This document shows, in pieces, positions 28,806-41,949 of a stretch of 64,000 nt of DNA. A model generated the notes under the pieces. That model was not told the origin of the DNA and ran no database searches. It saw nothing but the letters and a program-made list of their open reading frames with translations. Location: positions 40,424,001-40,488,000 of the forward strand of contig OX597826.1 in NCBI GenBank assembly GCA_951406725.2. The letters run 5' to 3'. The position numbers were made by a program, and so were the translations under genes. The DNA comes from Octopus vulgaris (taxonomy: Eukaryota). Each line of letters opens with the position of its first letter. The stretch's first letter is position 1.

Positions 28806-30180
28806 ATCTTTGCCTACAGAGAATAGGTTCTCAACTGCAGCACTTGATGGGATGTTTGTGTTATACTTGGTGAACAGGTCGATCAAGACCAGCTCACCCC
28901 AAAAGCGACTTCAACCAGGACCTCCTTCGAGACAGCCTCCAACCAAGTCTTCACCAACTTCTGTGCCTTGGATTTCAGTGATCTTTGGTTCCTGCTCTCC
29001 CAGATCCGAGTGATATTGCTGAAGAAATCATCTTCCTCATCCTCGTTGCTGATGGAATTGCTGCCCACCGCATTGGTCTCCATTTGGGCTGTCTCTGCGA
29101 CGGTCTCCATGGCGTTCGTTACTCTGGCTGTTTTATACTGCTCCAGCCAGAACAGGTGAAACTTGGGGTGGAAGGCAGTGGCCAGCTGGCACTCCATGAC
29201 TTCTAGGAGGAGCCCAAACTTTTTCGTGATACCTGCCAGTATCACGTCTACCAGAGGACTTCAATACAGGAGATGTTTGAACTTGGTATCCTACAACTTC
29301 ATGACGGTAGCCACTACAGCTGGCAGAAGGCTGCCACAATACGCCTGGTCCTTCACCTGGATTTTATCCAAGATCTTGGCAACATTAAACATCTCCTGGG
29401 CGACTTCCGTCAGGAAACCAACATCAGAAACAGTGAAGGCATGCAGCTTCACCTGTATCATCACCCTGTGGACAGCTTCCCCTGCTCTCCTCGAGCAGGT
29501 TGTTTTGGACAACAACAGAGTCACAGTTAGAGTTGTATCTGGTACTGTTGGGGACCACCAGCCTCCTCTTCAACGCATCCAGAATGTTGTCTGCCGCCAC
29601 TGTGCTACGGCTTTGCAGATTCCACAGCCGCTGGACCTTGGATATGGCTTTCCTGTAGGCTGACTTGAATGAAGCACTGTCAGGAGCCCTGTTTGCATTC
29701 ATGCTGGCTACCAAGTTGAAGGTATGGGCTGCGCACTTCATGTGTACAGGCAGGTCTATGCCCAGGCCGTTGAACACGTCAAGGATAGAATTAACAGAAA
29801 TGTACTTAAATTCGTTAAAAACACAGCTTCGGGATCCACGTCCAGGCTCACATCCTCGACGCCCTCCACCTTCGGATAGGCAGCAGCCTCGGGAATGTCT
29901 GGCAAGAGATCAACCTCTGTACCAAACTGCATAAATGCGTTAACAAAGTTTTTGCCGCAGTCCGTCGTGGTCCTGGTCACCTTGTCTTGCAGATGGAACT
30001 TGTAATGGGTGACCACCATGGACTAGGCGAGAACATCAAAGGTGTGGTGTCCTCTAAGCCGAGAGCGGGACAGGACGGCGTGTCGACTTGGGTCCAGCCA
30101 GTGTACTGTCATCTCCAGGTAGGACCTGTTGTGAGCTGACCAACAGTCCGTGGTGACCGCCACCCAGAGGGCATCATTGA
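28806..30180 (-). mobile_element. hAT-superfamily transposase pseudogene
   Basis: VAVTTDCWS, TTTDCGKNF, CAAHTFNL (CxxH), STRYNS, AFHPKF and the dimerisation motif IPSSAAVENLFSVG, with multiple frameshifts. Confidence 0.93.
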
Positions 30181-30257
30181 GCAATTTATAATTAATAAAT
30201 GTTAAACTGTAAAGAGACATAAGTTGTAAAGTTAACTTTAAATTATGTATATATACA

Positions 30258-30449
30258 TCACCGTGATCACCGTGACCGACCGGGCTATCAGATGTTGCTT
30301 CACATCGCTGGTCACAATGCGCTTCGAATTGTTTTAGCCTTCAAATGACACCACCCCACTGGCTAAGCGAGCAGGTCAACAGAAGAAAGAGTGAGAGAAT
30401 GTTGTAGTGAAAGAGTACAGCAGGGATCGCCACCACTGGGCAATTGCGC

Positions 30450-30452
<3 letters not shown>
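30258..30452 (-). mobile_element. Family B-related SINE with deleted head and different 3' tail
   Basis: GAGGCGCAATTGCCCAGTGGT joins directly to GGCGATCCCTGCTGTACTCTTTCAC (compare 18060-18446). The tail ends in (CACGGTGAT)2. Confidence 0.75.
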
Positions 30453-30485
<33 letters not shown>

Positions 30486-30862
30486 GTAATCTGAAATATT
30501 AGAAATTTCCATTACCAGTGGCCTAGCGTGTAAAAGTTTTAGTCAATAGACAATAAATTATTCCTATAAAATACAGTGTACATTTAAACACAAAAAAGTG
30601 GTTTGAATATAACTGTCCTCTCTAGCGTGTAGGTAGTCCTATGATGGATATCTCTAGACCTAAAGTATGAGGTATATTAGTATTGAGATTGGTGGCATCA
30701 AAACTTGTAAGTATAGTACCTTCTGCGACAATGGGAGGGATGTGTTGATGAAATCTATGCCATCCAGTACATAACTGGGCACAAAGGTTTTAGGAGTATA
30801 TCGAAAAAATGATTTAGTTGTTGTGTTGGTGCTTCAAGTCCGGCAAATCTTAGTCTTAGTTG

Positions 30863-30902
<40 letters not shown>

Positions 30903-30905
<3 letters not shown>

Positions 30906-31529
30906 AGAAAAAAGCAACAAGAATGGATTAGTTGTTCAGTACTATTGTTTCATACGAAGAACAGTTTTATTTAAAGCTGCAAATATTGCAGCAAATACAA
31001 ATGTCCCGTATTCATCAACCAAAACACATATGAGTTTTCCAAACATCCTAGGGAGTGAGGCTACCCTCATGAAGTATCGAAGAGAGTTCTATGAAATTCA
31101 AAGTTAGATTGTAAGCAGACTTAAAATGTTTTCTAATGACGCACAGTTTTATAAAAAGTTTTTAAATGATTGTTAACTTCTCAGAGAAGGTAAATCCATC
31201 CATAATAATGCAGATGTAATTTCCGGAGATATGAGGAAAGATGTTATTCACAGAGAGGGTGAATGTATCCATAATAATGCAGATGTAATTTCCTGATGTA
31301 TGAGGAAAAGATGTTGATCACACATCTATTCATTTCAAATAAAACTGTTCTTCGTATGAAACAATTGTACTGAACAACTAATCCATTCTTGTTGCTTTTT
31401 TCTTGTTTATAATCACCCCACGTTATTTTATGGTTAATAACATAAAGATTTCTGGTGCATCTAAGTTAAGTACCGCATTCATTTGAATTCATTGGAATTC
31501 ACTTGAATCTTAATTGTTATACTGAATTT

Positions 31530-31530
<1 letters not shown>
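30903..31530. mobile_element. Head-to-head inverted element in (TA)n with ~70-bp arms and a degenerate hammerhead
   Basis: 30903-30972 is the reverse complement of about 31337-31407. An internal direct repeat lies at about 31197-31246 / 31266-31315. GAAACAATTGTA is at 31358-31369. Confidence 0.75.
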
Positions 31531-31567
<37 letters not shown>

Positions 31568-31748
31568 AATATTAGGGAATAAATCCAAATTTACAAGGAA
31601 AAATCAGATTTAAGATTGAATCCAATTTATAGAAAAATATTATATTATAATAAATTAGAGACAAAACCACTATTATGCAAATCAAACAAAGAAAGACTTA
31701 AGCCAATACATAAAATAATTTATATAAATTAAAATTTAACAAATGAAT

Positions 31749-31800
31749 AACCACTACGATCGTTTCGTGTCAGCACATCTTAGACATTCTTCAGGTGGTT
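31749..31800 (-). ncRNA. Minimal type I hammerhead ribozyme (Penelope-type)
   Basis: Minus strand AACCAC CTGAAGA ATGTC-taagatgtgct-GACAC GAAAC GATC GTA GTGGTT: perfect 6-bp stem I, intact core, palindromic stem III ACGATCGT and a GUA triplet. One A.C mismatch at the base of stem II. Confidence 0.88.
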
Positions 31801-32012
31801 TCTAAACCTTCTTAGCGAGTTATAACATTATTGCAAAAATTATTTATGGAGAGATTCAATAAATTAAACAATTCTGCTCAGTCTGTGCCGAAAAGGTTCA
31901 TCGTTTTTTTTTATACAAAAACTTTAGTCTTCAAAGTTTTCCCACGAAATATCACCTCACTTGGTTGTTGCGCTTGATTTTGCTCATATGAGAGTTATTG
32001 TTTTATTACATG

Positions 32013-33197
32013 ACTAGCATTATAACCCGTCGTTGCCGGGTCATAGTGCTAGTGCATGTATATATGTGTACATATTACATGTACATTTATATATATACAT
32101 CTACACATAAAATACAAAATACAATGTTATATCTTAATATCGCTAGTGATAACAATACTCAAAATATATAACAGACTGGAATTGTTAGCCCGTCTCTTGT
32201 AATTTCGATCAATTGTATCTTGTCCTCCATCCTGCATAGAAGTGTGGCTACAATCCAGCTTACCTCTACTTCGGGGGGGGGGGGGGGAATTTTAAATTTT
32301 TTCCGGGACGTCCTACGTCCCAGATATAAAGGTAAAAATAAAATATTTCCACTTTGCAAGTTCGAATCGAGTACTCCCTTGCACGCTCCGTTGACTCGAA
32401 CCTGTCTTCTATTGTGGCGAATTTACCACCTCTGGTTAGATATCTTTCATAGTCGCACCAAGACACTTTTCGAAGGTGCTTTCCTCCAGGTGTTCAAATC
32501 TTTTTTCTCTGCGTTGTATACTTTATAGACAATAGTCTTTTCTTTAATTTAATTTTTTATTATTCATCTGGACTATTCCATTTCTGCACACTAATTTTGT
32601 TTTTAATTTATTCCCATTCATGTGAAACCACTTATTCAAGTTCAAATCATTGATGCACATTTATACTAATTGCTATTTTTACTTTTGTTATGTTACGATT
32701 ATATTATACTTTAGTTTGATTTTAATTATTACTTACTACATATAATTCAACTGTTATTATTATTTTTATTGTTAAAGTGAAAGCATCTGACATAAAATAG
32801 AGAAATATTTTTGTTTCACTTTTAACACGTAATACTGAAATAGTGGAGAAGATATGATATTGCTATGGGCTCGCTCTAGGCAAGAAGTTGAACATTTTGT
32901 TTTGCCCATGAAACTACATGGACCCTAAGTAAGGCATGTGTAAAATTTGAATGAAATTTGTTGTGTAGTTCTCAAGTTTTAGGGAATCGTAGTGGAGAAG
33001 ATATGATATTGCTGTGGGCTCGCCCTAGGCAAAAAGTTAAAGAATTTTTGCCGATGACACTCCCCGGACCCTAAGTAAGGCATGTGTAAAATTTGAATGA
33101 AATTGGTTGTGTAGTTCTCAAGTTTTAGGGAAACACACAGACAGACACACACACACACACACACACACACATTCTCAGCTTTAGATATAGAGAGATT
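32013..33197 (+). mobile_element. Helentron/HINE (DINE-1-like) non-autonomous element with internal ~149-bp tandem duplication
   Basis: Starts ACTAGCATTATAACCCGTCGTTGCCGGG (hairpin) and ends ACAGACAGAC(AC)n...TTTAGATATAGAGAGAT. Direct repeats at 32841-32985 and 32990-33131. Confidence 0.7.
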
Positions 33198-33569
33198 ACT
33201 GAATTGTTGAATATTGTGATTGTTTGAATTTGTGATTTTTTGAATTTGTTGAAAATTTTATCTGTCTTCCCCATTTATAGGTGAAGCGGTGAACAACGTG
33301 ATTATGAATACACAGGTACAAATAGGCAGTTATGCTGCAGTGACGGGCAAAAGCCCTGTTCGAGAATTGGAAGTCAAGGACAGGGACTTCAAGAAGTTTA
33401 ACATCTTACTGGAGAAGGAGGGAAGCTGCTTAAGGCTGACACACCCGAAAGAAGTAACTGAGAATACATAAAGGAAAACCATCACATATAGAACGTTCAA
33501 TATAGTAACAAAGAAGGTGTTGTAGATTTATAATTCTTTGGCATTCTCCAGCCACTATTTGTACGGCTA

Positions 33570-33950
33570 GTTCTGAATCTTGTTCAAGCTTTCTCAATAT
33601 TCGAGCCCTTGTCTCTGCATCTGTACTTGCCGTTAATCATTGTACGAAGATTAAGCATTTAAACATGCCCGGGCTTAACTTGTCGACTTTGAATTTTTCA
33701 CATTCTCTATTTACGATTTCAGCATACGTGACGAAATCTTTCAAATTCAAACACTCCCAACAAATATTAGTAAACTTCTTTCACTAGATATTTTATATAA
33801 TAGCGTAATTATTTTCTCGAAACAAATTTCGGGTGATTTTCTCGGCAAGATGTAATTACAAAACTTTGCATGTTCTGCTGGTGATAATTTCCTTAAAAGA
33901 AGACTTCTTTTCGTCCGTCCATTTTTCACAATGCACTTGCACACACCATA
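33570..33950 (-). mobile_element. Gypsy-type LTR retrotransposon gag-like fragment
   Basis: LLRKLSPAEHAKFCNYILP...DFVTYA..VNREC..FK...FKCLIFVQ...RARIL.KLEQ resembles the N-termini of K02A2.6-like polyproteins (recalled family pattern). Confidence 0.65.
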
Positions 33951-34059
33951 CTGTTTTTCACTGACAGTGCGCAGGTGCCTTTATATGGCTTAGAACAGTT
34001 GACATGCTATCCCACAGGGGTGTCAGGATTTCACCACAACAAGGACAAAGACGAGAAAA

Positions 34060-34410
34060 CCGCAACAAGATCGCTAAGGACTTCATGTTTACATTCCAGC
34101 AAGATGGAGCTCCTTGTCACACCAGTGCAGTGGCTCAAATATTTCACAGTGATGAGTTTAGGAACAGGTCTTAGGATAAGGATCCCCTTCATCACCTGAT
34201 TGGAACCCTTTAGATTTCAGCATCTAGAACGAATCGGTCAGAAAAGCTTGTGAGAAACCTCACTATAACCTGCAAGCCCTCAAAAATTTCATCCGTAGAA
34301 CGTATGAGGAAGACATCGATGAAGGACTCATTAAGAAAGCTTGTGGTGCAGTCAGGAAGAGGGTTGAGGAAATCATTGCCAAAAGAGGAGCAATTCCTGG
34401 TGCTTAACAG
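34060..34410 (+). mobile_element. Tc1/mariner-superfamily transposase C-terminal fragment
   Basis: FTFQQDGAPCH, PSSPDWNPLDF and IKKACGAVRKRVEEIIAKRG. Confidence 0.85.
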
Positions 34411-35629
34411 GTAGAATTTCAACCAGGATTGTCTCTGGCACTTTGAAATAAAACTTTAAATCTCCATTCCAACTTTATTTCAATCTTTTATGAGCTCACA
34501 ATCCTGAGCTATGGTTAATTATTTATGAAAATGTCATTTTCGTCCATAATCAACTTCTTCACGATACTTCTGGTGAGCATCGAAAGTAATGAACATTTTT
34601 TTCTTGCTCAAGGTAGAGTCCAATAGTGTTGGAAAACTCTGATAACTCCATTAAGTTATTTATAAGCATCCCTGAGATACAAAGGTTCAAAGCTGAATCT
34701 AAAATTTGGACAATCTTTTACTGATACATTCGGTATGTTGATAACTATAAGAAAAACCTTCCTGATGCACAGTGGCCTAGCCTAGAGTGCCTGTAACAAT
34801 CTTCAAAACATCACAAAATCAAGTATTCCAAAGTTAACGAAGCTGACATTCTAAAAGACATGTATAAAGAGCATTCCTTACAATAGAGCCAAAACGTGTG
34901 ATTAAAAGAAATATAGAACGAAGAACACGCAACTACGTTGATGTTATTGGTGGCGATACACAATATGAACCTGAGAAATTTTGAACGCTAATTTTAATAG
35001 AACTTCCTGGCGCAGTGAGCTGAAAAGCATTTCAGTTGTAGCCATTTGAAGGACCATGACCTTAAAAATAGAAGTAGAAAAACAAAATATGAAACGTTTT
35101 GTATATTGTTTGATTTAACAATACTTTTATCTCAATTTGCTTATTTTATATTTCCCGTTTGAAATGTTGTAGTTTGCATTATTTACACCATAGCTAAATT
35201 TCTTAAAAGTGGCTTAACATTTAACTGATATATTAACCCTTTACGTAATTTTTAAATGGGATCAGCTAAATACATCAGTGTGACAGGGGTGGAACTTTGA
35301 ATTACAAATGCAATCCCCCAGCGTCGCTTAAGACACTTTCCGTCCAACCAGTTCTATTCGCAAAGCTTGAGTTAATCCTATATAATGATGAAAAGAGATT
35401 TATTCACGATACTCTCCGGTGGGTCCGAACACAGGACCCCATATCTGCGATTCGATTTTCTGTATGTCATCTTCCTGACTCTTTTCTTAATATTTATTAA
35501 TTCCAGTCCCTGTGCTTCTTCACTCTATTCATCTTTACTATCATACACAAATGCACAAACGCACATGCATCCACACATATACACACACATATATAAATAC
35601 ATGTAACAGCACGTACACACACACATAAA

Positions 35630-35900
35630 CATGCTCTTCGGTGCTATTGTTGTCTTCCTCTGTGTTTCTTTGTCTCAGTAATTTATTTCTTCAATATTCA
35701 CAACCGATAAAATATTGGTAATAAATAACTTTCTGAATATTCTAGAATTTGTCATTCCATGACCAGACCGATTCCATCATCTTCAAAGCTTCGATTTTCA
35801 AAGACCATTCCACTGTATCCTATTTTATTCTCTACAGGTTCCATGTGGACAGCAGTACCATTTAAATACAGAAACACTTCTTAGAATTGTTGTTTCGAAG
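35630..35900 (-). pseudogene. Duplicated exon-like segment, copy 1
   Basis: Homologous to 37709-37971. Translation GYSGMVFENRSFEDDG / GMTNSRIFRKLFITNILSVVNIEEIN. Confidence 0.4.
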
Positions 35901-36884
35901 ATTTATAAATTTCAATAAACCAAAATCATGTAGCTTAATATTTTCCGTTTGTAACCACATAATACCAGGTTCAGTCCCACTGCACAGCATTCTCACAAAA
36001 TGTTCAAATATCCCTTTTAATTCTTTAGCTGTTCTAAATAATAATAGATTCATTGGCAGCGTCCGAAGACAGTTCAATAATTTGTGTTTGCATTTATCTC
36101 CAAAAATGGATACACACATGCACAGAGACACGCACAGATACACACACAAAAACACGCGCTTAACACACAAAAACACACGCTTATATGTATATGTGTGTTA
36201 TTATACTTGTATACATTTGTGCATTTGTATGCATATGAATGCATATTTATGCAGGTGCGTGATTTTATCATATGTATAAGGTGTTCAAAAAGGCTCTTCG
36301 CAGTAAGTATTTTATTACAAAATAAATATTTATAAGATGGTAACAAAAAAATATATTAGACTTTACAAGACTTTACAAAACTTTATAAGAGGTATTGAAA
36401 TTGTCATCCGTCATTTTCAATACATAAGTTAACTATTCTACACATGTTTTGAAATACATCTTGGATGAAAAAAATTCACTGGGGAATGGCTTTTTGAACA
36501 CCCTATATATAGAGAGATTCTGAAAGATTGCTTTGAGATACACGGCGTATTATATAAATATGCCTGTTCAAGTATCATAAGAGTATGACACTATTATTAA
36601 CTCTTTCGGTTGTGTATTTAATTTGATTTGTGTGTGTGTGTGTGTGTGTGTGTTTGGGTGTTTGTGCGTATGTATTCATCTTTATGCATGTCAAGATAAG
36701 CTTGGCACCTGTTATCTACCCCTCTTATACTCCTAAACTCCTCTACATTATAACACATATCCAAGCTTTAAATCACTCTATCTACCTCTACTACACACAC
36801 TTCAATCTTATTTGTTTTCAGTATTAAATCCATCCCTACTCTACACACATCTCATCCTCAATTCAAAGAATGTCTTTTATCATT

Positions 36885-37075
36885 AAGGCGGAGAGCTGGC
36901 AGAATCGTTACCGCGACGGTGAAATATTTAGTGGCATTTCTTCTGTCTTTATGCTCTGAGTCATGCCTTTCCTTTTCGCAGTCGATAAAATAAGTACCAG
37001 TTGAACACTGAGGTTGATGTAATCGACTTGCCCCATCCTTCAAAGTTACTGGCCTTGTGCCAAAATTTGAAATCA
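36885..37075 (+). mobile_element. tRNA-derived Nin-domain-like SINE (family C)
   Basis: AGGCGGAGAGCTGGCAGAATCGTTA head and GTCGATAAAATAAGTACCAG core. Confidence 0.8.
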
Positions 37076-37349
37076 ATGTCCTCTATCACTATTATTACTA
37101 TAATCGTTCATACATTCATATATGTGTGTGTGTGTATGTGCGTGCATGTGTGCACTAACACTTGCAGCTGAACTTTTATGAAACTTACGGTCAACGATTT
37201 GTTGTATGATGGTCTCCAACAAAAGATATTTATTCTTCCATTGGCGAATCGTTTTCTCAGCGTTTCTCTTTTGCTGACACCTCGTATAATTCTCTATCGC
37301 TTTCCTTCACTCCCTCACTCTTTCTCTCACGTGATATCCCCTTTACATG

Positions 37350-37380
<31 letters not shown>

Positions 37381-37382
37381 GT

Positions 37383-37453
<71 letters not shown>

Positions 37454-37708
37454 ATGTTTATATATATATATATTTTTCGCTCTCTACTTCTCATTCTTTA
37501 CTTTTTCTCTCTCTTTCCCTCTCTCTTGCCCTGTCTAATACTTTCATTGTCATAAACACACACGCGTACACACACAGACATATGTACATACACATACGCA
37601 TGCATACATACATACATACATACATACATAATGCATACATACATATATACATGCATGCATGCATGCACAAAGATACACACATGCACACACAAACACACGC
37701 AAACATAC

Positions 37709-37971
37709 TCTTTAATGTTATCGTGGCATTTCTTCGTCTTCGAAAGTTTATTTCTTCAATATTCCCAACCGATAAAATATTGGTAATAAATAACTTTCTG
37801 AATATTCTAGAATTTGTCAGTCCATGCCTAGACTGACTCCATCATCTTCAAAGCTTCAATGATCAAAGACCATTCTGTTGTATCCTTTGTTATTCTCTCC
37901 AGATTCCACGTGAACAACTGCACCACTACATAAAGAATTTTTAGATTTGTTTATATTGCTGTTTCGAATTC
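37709..37971 (-). pseudogene. Duplicated exon-like segment, copy 2, with canonical splice sites
   Basis: Minus strand ttttacag| acceptor at 37972 and |gtatgt donor at 37708. Contains an in-frame stop and a frameshift. Confidence 0.45.
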
Positions 37972-38671
37972 CTGTAAAAGTAATGCCAAAATGGCTGTCT
38001 GGTTAAGACGTTCGTTTTGCAAGTTCCGCGTTTCCAGGTTTGGTCTCACTGCTTGACACTTTGAAAGCGTAAATTTTACCATAGCCATGGCTCGACTACA
38101 AGATTTGGTAGTGAAATTGACTAGACAAACATTCTATGGAGACCTGTCGGATGAAGGTGACCGTTTTAAGGCACGTGGTAGGTCTTGTTGTCATATGTTG
38201 AGTCGGGGAGGAGGTATTAGACCAAGTGGAAATCTTCGGAGTCCATTCGTTAGACAAGATTTCAAATCTAGGATATTTCTTCCCTGTCTACCCCCAAAGT
38301 CTAAAGCTCTGGAGAAGGCTATGAGCACTGTACTTCTTCCCATCCTCTACTAAACCCTGACAAAAATGCTCTGAGCGAAAACAGTCGACGGCTTGGTTTA
38401 GCTTCCTAGGAAAGCCTGAACATAACTATCATTACTTCCGATCAGTGAACTTTTGTAGGCTATGACTGATCTTTACAAGGTATTTTTATTGCAATTTCTT
38501 ATTAGTTTAAGGCCAACAGTGGATGCTACGAGTCAACGATTCCAGATTCATTTCCAGATTACAGACTTGTGACTTAATAGGTTTTACAGCCAGCAAACTG
38601 TACAAAACCTGACAATTGCCATTCTCTAAAAAGGGTATTCGTTCATTGGTATTTCCTCTGATTATACTATA

Positions 38672-39077
38672 CTCTCTTTACTCTTTTACTTGTTTCAGTC
38701 ATTTGACTGCGGCCATGCTGGAGCACCGCCTTTAATCGAGCAACTCGACCCCGGAACTTATTGTTTTGTACTTATTCTATCGGTCTCTTTTGCCGAACCG
38801 CTAAGTAACGGGGACATAAACACACCAGCATCGGTTGTCAACCAATGCTAGAGGGACAAACACAGACACACAAACACACACACGTATACATACATACATA
38901 TATACATATATACGACGGGCTTCTTTCAGTTTCCGTCTACCAAATCCACTCACAAGGCTTTGGTCGGCCCGAGGCTATAGTAGAAGACACTTGCCCAAGG
39001 TGCCACGCAGTGGGACTGAACCCGGAACCATGTGGTTGGTAGACATGCTACTTACCACACAGCCGCACCTGCGCCTA
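38672..39077 (-). mobile_element. Family A CORE-type SINE, full length
   Basis: Homology to the other copies; A and B boxes present. Confidence 0.92.
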
Positions 39078-39566
39078 TGTAACAATTGTTTTCTTTTTTT
39101 TTTGTCTTTGGTCAGTAGGTGTTATTTCCTATTTGCTTGTATGTGAGTATGTACACATATAGTTATCTAGAAAGATAAAAGTTGTGTAAGTGTGACTGAC
39201 AAGAAATACATTTGCGTATGCGTGTGTATGTGTTTAGTTGCCTGGGTGTGAATTTTACTTAACACTCTGAAGTCATTTTAAAGAAGTGTATATAGTCAGG
39301 GTTTGTGTAAATTAATCGAAATTGTGAATTTCTATAAAAGTTTATATTTTACTTATATTCTCGGGGAAAATAATCAATTAACTTTATTAATAGTACTTTC
39401 ACATCTTGTAACACACACACACACATCGTAAACATATATATGTGTGTGTATGTGTGTATGTTTATGTACATACATAAAATATACATATATGTATATATAT
39501 ATATATATATTTAAAAACTAGATATATATGTGGGTGTGTATGCAGTGTATGTGTATGTGTATGGGT

Positions 39567-39735
<169 letters not shown>

Positions 39736-39897
39736 CAGACAAATTTTCGTTACCTTTTTGGGAGTGACGAACTTTAATCACTCAACACAGGGAAGAGTCT
39801 AAGGGATTATTTTAATGAAATTATTGTTACCTTTCTTTGCAACTGCGTATGTGTGTGTGCGTGTGTGAGTGTGCATTATGTAGGGATATATAGATAG

Positions 39898-39937
<40 letters not shown>

Positions 39938-39948
39938 GTAGATAGAGG

Positions 39949-40106
<158 letters not shown>

Positions 40107-40506
40107 CAGACAGATAAATACATGTATGCATGGATGCATAAATTTCTTCTATGAGTTATTTCTTCATTGATTGTGTCTTGTATTTGCAGTTTATGTTGAA
40201 AAGCTACATGCACTTCGCAGCCCTTTTCGTTTCTTAATTTTCCAGTATCATTTTTATATATATGTGTTGTGTTAATTTTTACAGTTATAGTCGGCTTTTG
40301 CACGATTTTCATGTCTACTTGTCTATATTCTGGCAGGTTTGTAGTGTTAACATCACTGTATTAAACGACTTTATTCGGAAGGGATCGAAATTATCATGAC
40401 ATCCTATCTATTTCTCGTGACTGGATTCAATTCGTTTACAATTGTTTGTTTCGTGTTTTCGGTTTTATCTGCATAGTTTTATTTCCTACCTTTCTGATAC
40501 ACTTAC

Positions 40507-40542
<36 letters not shown>

Positions 40543-40761
40543 GTACGCACGCACACACGCACACACACATATATAGACACACGCGCGCGCATATATTTTC
40601 GTATGTATGTTTGTGTGTAGTGTAAGGCTACGCACTTTTTTCCCTATCGAAATTACAAGGACGTTCAAAATTTTGAATATCTCTGTGTACCTCATGATTA
40701 GCCACCAGAGTTGTTATGAGTGCAAATAAAAATACAAATTGAGGAAGTGGAATGGGTAAGA

Positions 40762-40853
40762 TCTAGGCTAGATATGTTTCTTAGCTAACTGATCCACTGA
40801 TATAATAATTATTAAACAAGGGGTACTCAACTTAGCTAATCATCAGGCTGAGA
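40762..40853 (-). ncRNA. Degenerate hammerhead ribozyme motif with long stem II
   Basis: Minus strand TCTCAGC CTGATGA TTAGCTAA...TTAGCTAA GAAAC ATAT CTA GCCTAGA. Stems I and III each carry mismatches. Confidence 0.55.
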
Positions 40854-41239
40854 ATACCTTAATTACATGAAAGTTGCATTGTCGGTTGGAATTTCTAAGT
40901 TAACTCACTGCAGATGTGAGTTGAGATGCATGGTGAAGCCAGAAGAATAGAATAAAAACAGAAGTGTTGGAAGGAATAAAACGGTCAAGAAGTAAGAAAA
41001 GTGAAGGGTGAAACCAAATATGTAGGAGAGTAGGAGCCGTATACCGTTGTTAGGAGTGAAGGAAAAGAGAGGAAGATACAGGGTGAGAAAGAAGTAAATA
41101 GTTGCTGTTGCTAAAGGGAAAGAATGGTTGTTATAAATAGTTATTTAGCTGAAATGGATAGACAGATACTAGCTGAGTCCGAGGAATTTATTTCTTAGCG
41201 GATAGCTGGCGCTGGCACTGTTGGTCTACATCACTATAA

Positions 41240-41660
41240 ACGCAGGAGTGGCTGTGTGGTAAGTAGCTTGTCTACCAACCACATGGTTGCGGGTTCAGTC
41301 CCACTGCGTGGCACCTTGGGCAAGTGTCTTCTACTATAGCCTCGGGCCGACCAAAGCCTTGTGAGTGGATTTGGTTGACGGAAACTGAAAGAAGCCTGTC
41401 GTATATATGTATATATATATGTGTGTGTGTTTGTGTGTTTGTGTGTCTGTGTTTGTCCCCTAGCATTGCTTGACAACCGATGCTGGGGTGTTTATGTCCC
41501 CGTTACTTAGCGGTTCGGCAAAAGAGACCGATAGAATAAGTACTGGGCTTACAAAAGAATAAGTCTCGGGGTCGAGTTGCTCGACTAAAGGCGGTGCTCC
41601 AGCATGGCCGCAGTCAAATGACTGAAACAGGTAAAAGAATAAAAGAAAGAAAAGAATATA
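41240..41660 (+). mobile_element. Family A CORE-type SINE, full length
   Basis: CGCAGGAGTGGCTGTGTGGTAAG...GGTTCAGTCCC...ACCTTGGGCAAGT. Confidence 0.92.
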
Positions 41661-41893
41661 CACATCCCCGCACTCACGCGCGCACACGTTACACACACTT
41701 GACACTCGTAGTGTCAACATAACATATAGGCGCACACATGCATGCGTTCGTGCATGGGTGCACCCATGCAAACAAAAGTTTATATCCCATGACTGACACC
41801 CTTATGTATGTAAGTATATACACACATATGCCTTAGTGCCCACGGGTGCACGCGAGCATCTATAGGCATAAGACTCATCCGCATATACACACG

Positions 41894-41949
<56 letters not shown>

